Notes under the pieces: generated by a model
Told to the model about the DNA's origin: nothing
The model's database searches: none
The model's input: only the letters and a program-made list of their open reading frames with translations
From: Corallochytrium limacisporum Hawaii
Lineage: Eukaryota > Protista > Pluriformea
DNA length: 47,732 nt
Assembly: GCA_002811645.1 (NCBI GenBank)
Contig: PDIP01000098.1
Location: 1 to 47,732 of the forward strand
Direction of reading: 5' to 3'
Shown here: positions 11,192 to 20,397 of the stretch, in pieces
How the letters are laid out: each line of letters opens with the position of its first letter
Position numbering within the stretch: position 1 is the first letter of the stretch
Position numbers and translations under genes: made by a program

Positions 11192-12713
11192 TTGGAGATT
11201 TGGGGCCGCGGTGATTTCAGCTTGGAACACCGGTACGGACCCGAAGCCACGTAGAAAAGTATACACGGACCGAGAAGACGGATCTGGAACGATAAAAAAT
11301 ACTTGGGAGGTCTATGGATATCGCGACCAATTCTGGTCAAATGCAGGCGTATTTCCATAGTGAATATATGGGATCATTTCCTCCTTGTCTCCCTGTCCCC
11401 CTCTTAGGACGGTCCCGTGTATTGCGGTTGCCCGGGCACGAAGCCCACGCACGCCTGGGGCCAGCCGTAGATTCAGTACCGAAGGCACTTCGCAACTGGC
11501 GCCCCCCCCCTTTGCGGCCCGGGGTGCCCAACCGGCCCTTGGGCCCTTAACCCTTCACTCCAGACCCCCCCCGAACGTACCGGTCTTGGCAAGCGCACGT
11601 ACAAAAAACTATGTAGTATGTCTTCGCTATCTGTGTCAAAAAAAAAATTGCCGCCCGTACTCCTTCCTCCCCATCTCTCCGGAGAGGCGCAGACCTGTTG
11701 ACCACACACACACACACACATGGCTGGTGAAATTACTTCCACACTTTTCGTGTCTCCATTGGTACATGCTGATAGGAAAAACGTGGCGTACGTTGGCTAT
11801 GCAGATAGTCTGTGCAGCGGCGCCGCTCGCCACCAAAAAGAGAAAGAGTGGGGAGATTTAACGGCGGGCAAAGGGGGACAAAATTGATGAGCCCCGCGGG
11901 GGTACTGTATATCGTATACGGAATATTTATAAAGTTCTTGGTTCTATGTACCGGATCTGGGTGTGAATGGGCGATATCTTGAATTTGCGAGTCCATGCTT
12001 ACTATTGAAAACTAGTAAGATAGATGCTTTACTAATTTTAATAGTCCGGATATATTAAAATTGTTCGTGACCCACACACAAAATAGACTCCGGAAGGCCT
12101 TTCCTGATCTGGGGGACCACGCTACCGTTGGTAGTATTTTATTTCACTCATACACCCAATGTGAGATATTTTCGACAGGGGGGTTGATTTGGTGGGCACT
12201 CGTTTTCATACAGTGCTCAACATCCTCCCTGTTATTGCTCTCGTTAGTGTTTTGCTTTCGGTTTGTGGTGGTTGATGTTTGGTTTGCGTTTCGATTTCGG
12301 TTTGCTCCTCGCTACTACCATCAATACAATCTCCGATCGCTGTCTGATCTCGCACTCTGCATATACTTGAAATTCTATCCCTTGTTTTCGGATACATTTT
12401 GGGTCCTGTTGAGGTGAAACCAGTAAATTCTGCCGCAGGAGAAGGAACGTGTTGATTTGTGCCTTTGTGTGCCCACTGGCAAGAACAACGCAACCATTTT
12501 GTCGGGAGGTGGGCTGTGATGGACTTGGTGTTTGCCTGTATACATCGGTGGTCATCTGATCCTCACACGCGTACGATCTGTGGACGCCACCGACCACAAC
12601 AACACCGATACAGTGTCTGATTAAACAAGTATCTCAAGCAGACCACCTGAAGGATGATGAAATCGCTCAGGATCACCAAGTAGATCTATTAGTCCCAGCC
12701 CTAATCTTAGACC

Positions 12714-13832
12714 ATGGGTTTCGTGACAGGTTTCGCCACCGCCATTGTGCTGGTGATTGCCGCATACTTTGGGCATCCAGGCCCAGTGGAGATCCACAAA
12801 TCCACTGTGCCAGAGCCTGTGTTTACAACCATTGAGACAGTGAAGCCTGCGCTTCAGAACGTCCTGTCCAGTGCAGAAAAGTTGCACAGGGACGTGATCG
12901 TGGCCGCTGAGACCATCATCCCCAATCCTGCCTCGCAGTCTCTGTACTGCTTCTGCGAAGATGGTTACATCCGTGAGGTCATGGATCAAGGCCGTGGCGA
13001 AGTTAAAACAGTAGCTTACGTCAAGGGACGTCCTCTGGGTGGTGCTCTGGATATTGACGGTACGCTCCTGATCGCAGAACCAGACAAGGGCCTGGTTCGT
13101 CTGGATCCCAAGACTGGTGTTATAACTGTACTGAGCAACAAAGTAGAGAACAGTGAGCAGCCATCCATTAACTATGCCAACGATGTGGATGTCTGCCCCG
13201 ACGGTTCCATCTTTTTCTCCGATTCCGTCTATCTGCACCCAACCCGAAACATGAAGGGCAAGGTGGACACACTGACCGTTGCTCTTTTCACTTTCATCTC
13301 CTCTGATGAATCGGGTCGCCTCTTGCGCTACGATCGGGAAACCGGCAAGACATATGAAGTGACCACAGGCCTCTGGTATGCCAATGGAGTTGCCTGTGAT
13401 TATACCAGCACGAAGGATAAGACGGAGTATGTCTTGATCAACGAGACATTTACCTCTAGAATCTGGCGTGTTAATGTCAAGACCGGCAAGCGCGAGATTT
13501 TCGCAGAAGGATTCCCTGGTGTCCTGGATGGTCTGTCCAGAGGCTCCAACCATACCTATTGGGTAGGATTGCCCTCCAAGATTTCACCTTTCCGTCACGT
13601 GCGCAACATACCCTGGCTGCGCGGTCTGATCTCCAAGCTTCCTACATTCCTGCGGCCTGGGGTGGTACCGGTCGGTATGATCGCTCAACTCGATGCCAAG
13701 GGCAATATCCTTCGTGTCCTTGGTGACACTGCAGGCAAGGATATCTTCGTAGTGTCTGCTGTCACCGAAATGTCCGGCAAACTCTACCTCGGTTCACTAG
13801 TGATGCCGTACCTTGCCGTGTACACCCTCTAG
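12714..13832 (+). CDS. Strictosidine synthase-like / APMAP-type beta-propeller protein
   Basis: N-terminal anchor; GRPLGG, YANDVDVCPDGSIFFSDS, GRLLRYD, GLWYANGVA, LINET, FPGVLDGL, SAVTEMSGKLYLGSL. Confidence 0.92.
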   Translation: MGFVTGFATAIVLVIAAYFGHPGPVEIHKSTVPEPVFTTIETVKPALQNVLSSAEKLHRDVIVAAETIIPNPASQSLYCFCEDGYIREVMDQGRGEVKTVAYVKGRPLGGALDIDGTLLIAEPDKGLVRLDPKTGVITVLSNKVENSEQPSINYANDVDVCPDGSIFFSDSVYLHPTRNMKGKVDTLTVALFTFISSDESGRLLRYDRETGKTYEVTTGLWYANGVACDYTSTKDKTEYVLINETFTSRIWRVNVKTGKREIFAEGFPGVLDGLSRGSNHTYWVGLPSKISPFRHVRNIPWLRGLISKLPTFLRPGVVPVGMIAQLDAKGNILRVLGDTAGKDIFVVSAVTEMSGKLYLGSLVMPYLAVYTL

Positions 13833-14740
13833 CGTGAGTGAGAGCGCATCACGCTCCCCGGGGGTGCGTTCGAATCTGTTTCACTTGGAGCAAAACTATA
13901 TACATCGCTATTTGAAACCCGTCTCCCGTCCACCACCTTCCAGTGATGTACCACCACCTTTAACGGGATGTGGTCGACGAAAAACGTAAAGAGTCCTTTA
14001 GGCAACTACTGGTATGTAAAACTTGGTAATAAGCCACTCATTTTCTGGGGAGAACCCCCCCCCCGGGGGGGGGACCCGCTGGGAAAGTGAAGAATCGTCG
14101 TCGGCTTCTAAAAGGGATCCCCGATTCTCATCGTTTAAGGCTCTGGAAATTCATAAATCCCCTATCCTTTGTGCCCTTGGGCCGATATGATTACGAGTCA
14201 TTACGATCCCGTGGTAACGCCCAGTGTTTCCTTCCTTTCGATTTTGAAAGAAGTGCGTGGTGTCCTGAAAATCCCTTCAGCTTCAGTACGCGGGCCTCCC
14301 CGGCGCACCGTCGCAATTGTTTCGCTCCGGCGCGTGGGGTCGGGGTGGGTGGGTGTTGTGTTCCGGATTCGGTGGGTCGTGTGAGTTGGTGACGCAAAGT
14401 GCCGGAGGTCCCGACAGCGGATCTACTGCCTGCACTAAACCTGCTGTGGCTCTGAGAGGACACCTTCCTTATGACACAACTCTCTCCTAAACGCCCTCCT
14501 TACCCTCAAAATGGTGGGTCTGCTGAACTGAATCGAAAGATCGCCTCTGACTTTCGGAAGGATCGGGGCTGGTTTCGCTGGCGAAGGAGCTTCTGGGGAT
14601 GGCGAGACTGGTGATCAAGGAACATCGGACCCTATTCGTGGTAGAAAAGACTCAGGAGAACGTCACCAAAGCCATACGAGAGGCTCTGAATTGCGTAGTT
14701 GCTGAGTTCTAACAGGATCACAATAAACAACAGAAACAAG

Positions 14741-15781
14741 ATGGCTCCGATCAAGATTGGGTTCAACGGTATGGGCCGTGTAGGTCTGCTGGCCTGTAGG
14801 GCTGCTTTCGACCGGCCCGAAGAGTTTGAAGTGGTGCACTTGAATGAAATCAATGGGACACCCGAATCTCTGGCTTACTACCTCAACTACGACTCCGTCC
14901 ACGGGAAGTGGGGCAAAGACATTGAGGTCCTCGAGAACGCGATCAAGATCAACGGTAAGGTTATCAAGCTTACTGCCGTGCCCAAGCCTGCTGACATCCC
15001 CTGGGGCGAGAGCGGTGTGCAGATTGTCTTTGAATGCACCGGAAAGTTCGTGAAGAACCGTGATCTCCTTGTGCCTCATCTGCGGGACACCGTCAAGAAA
15101 GTTGTTGTGAGCGCACCGGTGAAGGCACCCTCTGCCGACGGTACCAAAGCGCTCGAGATTGTCTATGGTATCAACCACAAGTTGTACGAGCCTTCCATGG
15201 ACATTGTTACCGCGGCATCCTGCACCACTAATTGCCTTGCCCCCATGGTGAAGGTTCTGCACGAAAATTTCGGTATCAAGCATGGAATGCTAACAACCCT
15301 GCACAACGTCACCAACACCCAAGCCGTTCACGACCGTCCCCACAGCCATGCGGACATGAGGAGAGGCCGCAGTGCCCTGCTCAGTATGGTGCCGACTTCC
15401 ACGGGCTCCGCCAAGGCCATTACAAAAATCTTCCCTGAGCTGGTTGGGAAACTCGATGGTATTGCCATCCGCGTGCCACTGCTGACCGGATCCATCACTG
15501 ACTTTGTCTGCGAATTGAATGAGGAAGTTACTGTGGAGGAGATCAACGCAGTGTACAAGAAGGCCTCTGAGGGTGAGCTGAAGGGTATTCTGGGTTACGA
15601 GACAGTCCCCCTGGTAAGCAGTGACTTTGCTCATGACATCCGCTCCGGAATCGTGGATGCCAACAGCACCATGGTCACCGACAAGACCCAGGTTAAGAGC
15701 GTCGCGTGGTACGATAATGAATGGGCCTACTCAAACCGTATGGTCGACATTGCCGCCTACGTCATTAGCAAGGGTTTGTAG
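14741..15781 (+). CDS. gap: Glyceraldehyde-3-phosphate dehydrogenase, bacterial ArsJ-associated/Gap3-like type
   Basis: GFNGMGRVG Rossmann motif, YDSVHG, catalytic AASCTTNC, WYDNEW. ATG at 14741; the ORF-track start at 14699 is a non-ATG extension. Strong C/G-ending codon bias. Confidence 0.95.
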   Translation: MAPIKIGFNGMGRVGLLACRAAFDRPEEFEVVHLNEINGTPESLAYYLNYDSVHGKWGKDIEVLENAIKINGKVIKLTAVPKPADIPWGESGVQIVFECTGKFVKNRDLLVPHLRDTVKKVVVSAPVKAPSADGTKALEIVYGINHKLYEPSMDIVTAASCTTNCLAPMVKVLHENFGIKHGMLTTLHNVTNTQAVHDRPHSHADMRRGRSALLSMVPTSTGSAKAITKIFPELVGKLDGIAIRVPLLTGSITDFVCELNEEVTVEEINAVYKKASEGELKGILGYETVPLVSSDFAHDIRSGIVDANSTMVTDKTQVKSVAWYDNEWAYSNRMVDIAAYVISKGL

Positions 15782-15984
15782 ATCTGATCAGCAGAACGCA
15801 CCATTTGATCAAAGCAGGTTTTCAATTAGGCTGCCTGAGGGAAAAAGTGTGATCGGAGGTACAGCACAAAATAGATTAAATGTTGAATTTTAGTTTACTG
15901 ATGTGGAACACATGCCGTAACGTTACGATCAACCTATTGTGGTCAAGTATAACAGTCACGAACGATCTGTCACGGGGCCGCATT

Positions 15985-17061
15985 CTAGCAGGTCTCACAC
16001 CTGGGGTTCAGAAGGTCCACTCGGTTGAAGACGTACACTTCCATGAATGCGGGGTTGACCTGCCCGCCAAAAGTCGGGATGTAGTTGTAGATCAGGAACT
16101 TGTCCAGCTGTTGCACACTGTCGAAATGGTTCTTGTTCTTGCGTGCTTCCCCGATGAAAAAGTTTGTCATGTACTGCATGGCGGCGACAGTATCGGTATC
16201 ATGATTGATTTGTCCCCACGGCTTCCACTCGAACTGGGGCTTTTCCGGATGCCATTGGACTGCCCAAACAGGGTAGTCCTTCGCCTCGATCGTCGAAATG
16301 AACTCAGCACCATCCCGATCGGACGATGTGCTGACCAGATTCCAAAACTCGTGGAGCGCCGTGTATCTGTTAAAGTCCTTCACCAGCACACCAAACTCGT
16401 GGTTGTTGTTCGTGGAGTTATGGAATGCCAGGGTTTCAATTACAGAGGCGGGGGCGTTCTCGAACAGCCGGGAGTTGCGGGGATCACCGACGAAGTTCAG
16501 CGGAAGACTGATGTCCTCGGCATTTGTCGTATCAAGCAGGTTCGCCTCTGCAGCGACGCAGATCAACAGCTCCAGACCCAGACAAGTGCCCCAGACTGGG
16601 AAATGCTCACCCTTGTGTGTTGCTTCTTTCACTTTCTTGAGAATGTGCAGACCAGTATCATACCACTGAGATCCCGGACCGACATCCACTCCGCCTCCGG
16701 GGAAAACTATACCGTTAATGCGTTCAAAGAGGAAATCAAGGTGAGCAATGGGCGCATCATAGGGAATAGGCACTACCCGTCCTCCAGCGGACTCAATCCA
16801 CTTTACATAACTTGCCGCAATGTACTGATCGCCCTTGTCCACGTAGTCCGCAGGGACGTTCTCTGTCATGACACCAATGACGGGTCCGGCGTACAGGAAA
16901 CTCTTGAGGTTGCGATGTTCCTTATCAGACCCAGGTTCACCTCCTCCATTGCTGGCGCCTCCTGCTACCAGTACGTCATCGTGTACCCGCGGGATCACAA
17001 TTGCATCGGTTGCGAAAGACAAGGCAGCCGCGACAGTGACAAGGAAGTATGTAAGCTTCAT
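15985..17061 (-). CDS. GGH: Gamma-glutamyl hydrolase (peptidase C26) with signal peptide
   Basis: PVIGV, YIAASYVKWIESAGGRVVPI, GIVFPGGG, nucleophile PVWGTCLG, VQWHPEK. Confidence 0.95.
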   Translation of the reverse strand: MKLTYFLVTVAAALSFATDAIVIPRVHDDVLVAGGASNGGGEPGSDKEHRNLKSFLYAGPVIGVMTENVPADYVDKGDQYIAASYVKWIESAGGRVVPIPYDAPIAHLDFLFERINGIVFPGGGVDVGPGSQWYDTGLHILKKVKEATHKGEHFPVWGTCLGLELLICVAAEANLLDTTNAEDISLPLNFVGDPRNSRLFENAPASVIETLAFHNSTNNNHEFGVLVKDFNRYTALHEFWNLVSTSSDRDGAEFISTIEAKDYPVWAVQWHPEKPQFEWKPWGQINHDTDTVAAMQYMTNFFIGEARKNKNHFDSVQQLDKFLIYNYIPTFGGQVNPAFMEVYVFNRVDLLNPRCETC

Positions 17062-17888
17062 TTTCTTTCGGATTGTCTATTTGCGGTTTTTGTCAAAATG
17101 TGCACAATGAGGAATATTCTTTCACACAATACCAGACATCATCACACGCACAAATCTTTCCTTTACTTTGCAGTTTAACAACGTATTGCTGATCGCCCCG
17201 CTACCATTTGCACGTGCTGACACTGCTTCACTGACTTTCAGATAGCTGTCCCGGACATCTCGGCCTGCTGAGTGCACCGTGGTCATTGAACTTAGTACAT
17301 TTAAGCCAATCCGTCGTCATAATCATCATGCGATGGTACACACCGTATCACAATCGACTCGTGAGCGTTGCAACTTGGCTTCCCTTTTCCCTCAGAGCAC
17401 CAGCCGCACATACACCTTTCTGCACGAATTGAACCACAGCCACGGAAACCGGCAACACCAATCGCGCTTCACTGGGCCGATGCCAACGGGTGGCAAAGCG
17501 GCTGGCCCCATAACGGTGAGGTTCCACCGGTAGTTAAAGTACCGATTATTTTCGATGCCCCTGCCCAATATCGCGGCCCCGCTTGCAAATCTCTTCGGTT
17601 TTTTTTTTAATTTCCTTGTCCCCCCCCCCGGGGGGGGGCCCTGTCCCCGGCCCGTGTCAGACGGACGATTCGTCTGTGCTGGCGATTAAGGGAGGAAGGG
17701 GTTGGCCGAGAGCGCAGGAGAGGCAAGGCTCTGTCTCTCTGTCTCGGTGTGCTCTGCTGACACGGCTAATTGGTTCACGGACAACACTCCCTCCTCCCCT
17801 ACCCCAAGTGTGACACGAAGTCGTCGGCACCGTACTGTCCCTTGCGGGTAAGGACCAGGAAGCGGGGGAGGAGATGGGCACAACCGGA

Positions 17889-17889
17889 C

Positions 17890-17922
<33 letters not shown>

Positions 17923-17940
17923 CAGAGAGAGAGAGCGAGA
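17889..17940. repeat. (GA)n microsatellite
   Basis: Directly visible. Confidence 0.85.
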
Positions 17941-18753
17941 CAGGCCCCCCCCCGGGGGGCTCCCGGGGGTTTCCGGAGGGGGGGGGGAGTTTTCTGCGGT
18001 GGTGGTGGTGCCGCTGGGCAAATGTTTCGGTTTAGTTTCTTTTACGTTGCTTTGGGAGGTCTCCGGAGCTCAAACATTTTGATCCGAAGGGCAAAGTGAG
18101 AGAAAGAGAGAGAGAGAAAAAAAACAAAAAAAAAGAAAACATGATGGTTCAAAACCCCATACTACTACTACCACACACCCGCAGCGCCACTCGCTCGCCA
18201 AAACCAAGCAAAGCAGCCAGGGGCAATTCCCGAGCGAGCGCCCCCGGTTCCGTTCCCCGGGGGGGGGTGCAAATGTGCGGTAGTGGCGGCAAGAGCGCGC
18301 CTTCTCCCCCCCTCCCTACCACTCCGGCAGGGGGGGGGCCACCGTCCCTGTTTCGTTTGCCTTCACAGGCGAAAGTCTTGTTTCTTTCGAGCGGCTGGCT
18401 CTCTCAGGGGGGGGGGGCAGCGAGGACACGGATATTGATTAAATTGGGAGTCTACTTTTTAGAACGAGAAGTTGGGGGGGGGGGGCCGGGGATTGGAGAC
18501 TCGGGGTCCTCCTTTGTGCTGAGGTGTGGCGATGTAAGCGGTGGCGCTCACAGATTGGACCGGTTGGTGTGTGCGGAAGGTCGTGATTTCCGTCTTGATC
18601 CAGGATGCGATGCTCGTGTTCGCTTTGGGCGGTTTGCATGATCCCCTCATGTGAATGCCATATTTACAGTCTTGGATAGTATTCTATTGCAACATATTAC
18701 AGAGATGACGGTGATGTTGAGATTTGAAGTTTCTTTCAGATGCCTTCCGTTCC

Positions 18754-19321
18754 TTAGTCGGCGCTCAGGATACCCTGTTTGTTTGAATTGGAAGAGAAAT
18801 CCCATGTCGAGTTAGTTTACCCATTTCGAATGATTGCGTACAATCCCGATGAATGTTGTTGCAAGATACCTACCTGTGCGCGCTTGAGGACAGAGTCCTT
18901 TGAGGGGTCATAGGGGTGGTTCTTGGAGGGTATCTCCAGAACAGCGGGAATGGGCTTGTTGTATCCATCCATCAAATGCCGGATTTCTTCGGCAACGTGT
19001 TGGTTAATAAGAACCACGGCCACGTCATTACGAGCAGTGTAGTCCTTAAAAGTCTCCTCGATTACGCTCCGTTCCGTGTCTGTTATTGTTCAAAATTTGA
19101 TTCAAAACAATTCGCCCCTTCGTTAGTATTCCAGTCTCAGACTGTATCCATTGTGACCATTACCGTTAAATATACTTACCCTTGTCAACAATGAGATAGT
19201 TGGTGGTCCTTTTGGTACCCTTCTTCTCACCAACGCCGGCCAGGAGGAACCCGGTGACAGTGTCCTCATCCCCAATCAGCGCGACCTTCTGGCCATCACG
19301 CAAAATCTTTGCTCCCGACAT
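18754..19321 (-). CDS. ATP6V1F: V-type ATPase subunit F. Exons 19321-19180, 19079-18874, 18774-18754.
   Basis: Manual splice gives MSGAKILRDGQKVALIGDEDTVTGFLLAGVG...NYLIVDK/DTERSVIEETF...PAVLEIPSKNHPYDPSKDSVLKRAQ/GILSAD*. Introns are 100 nt (GTAAGT..CAG) and 99 nt (GTAGGT..CAG), each with ACTAAC. Only partly present in the ORF track. Confidence 0.93.
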
Positions 19322-19772
19322 GCTTGTTGTGTTCCAGACCTATCAACTTACTGCATTAGTTAGTACGCTGTGCTCTCGTTTCCACCTCTACGGTGCCAAC
19401 GTACAATTAAATACCCTCATGATAAACAAATAACATCGCAGATGACTCGCTCCCGCTCACCCCACCCTACCCTAGCCTGTGAGATCCCGAGACCAAAACA
19501 GCCACCGTACGAGAATGAATGGACCGGGGGCTGACGACTCCTCTCCCCACCGTGGCCCCTGCCGTCCACGGTACAGAATGTACCGGTTTGCTACCGTGGG
19601 TACCGCAAACAAAAAGGTAAGGCAAAATACCCTGTGGGGGAACCGTCGCCCCAGCGAGTGGAGCCGGATGTACAAACACACGAAAACGCAAGAACAGGAC
19701 CATATATTCATTAGCGAAAAGGCCGATGCACGACGGGGCTGGGCGCGGCACACAATCCCTGTGCTCTCCCCC

Positions 19773-20007
19773 NNNNNNNNNNNNNNNNNNNNNNNNNNNN
19801 NNNNNNNNNNNNNNNNNNNNNNNNNNNNNNNNNNNNNNNNNNNNNNNNNNNNNNNNNNNNNNNNNNNNNNNNNNNNNNNNNNNNNNNNNNNNNNNNNNNN
19901 NNNNNNNNNNNNNNNNNNNNNNNNNNNNNNNNNNNNNNNNNNNNNNNNNNNNNNNNNNNNNNNNNNNNNNNNNNNNNNNNNNNNNNNNNNNNNNNNNNNN
20001 NNNNNNN
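19773..20007. other. Assembly gap
   Basis: N run. Confidence 1.
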
Positions 20008-20397
20008 CCTCCCTTTGCTTCCCCGGCCCCCCCCCCGGGAAAGGGGGGGCCTCGGTGTCAAATGTTTAACAAGGTTTTCAGTTTACATCCACGGTCCTTG
20101 CCGCAAAGGGGTTAGGGGCCCGCTTCTGCGCACGGTGCGGCCTGCGCAAGCAAGACCCCAACATCTCTTGTTTGGTGCGGATCAGATACTCAGACAAGCA
20201 GGAAAAGTGAGAGAGTTAGGTCGCTCTATCTGCAGGCACCATGGCCTGAAGCAGATTTTCCCGGTCTCTACAACTGAATACCGCTAAATATGGATCAGAG
20301 GATGAACAATATAAAAGAGGGTTGTAACAAATTGTAATGGAGAGAACTGTTTTCGGACCAGGAACGCACACCACAGCCATTCCACACGACTACATCA

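Noticed and set aside
12621-13553. 310-aa minus-strand ORF
   Set aside because: Antisense shadow of the strictosidine-synthase-like gene.
13860-13880. tRNA gene suggested by GTTCGAATC
   Set aside because: No D-arm, anticodon arm or acceptor stem could be built; kept only as a hairpin finding.
14560-14712. Coding-looking stretch upstream of GAPDH (MARLVIKEH..., 37 aa) as a possible arsJ or arsR remnant
   Set aside because: Too short, with no TM or HTH character and no recognisable similarity.
15985-17061. Gamma-glutamyl hydrolase as part of the arsenic system (folate/SAM or glutathione link)
   Set aside because: It is an ordinary signal-peptide-bearing C26 enzyme, and adjacency alone is no evidence.
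15880-17178. 432-aa plus-strand ORF
   Set aside because: Antisense shadow of gamma-glutamyl hydrolase with no recognisable motifs.
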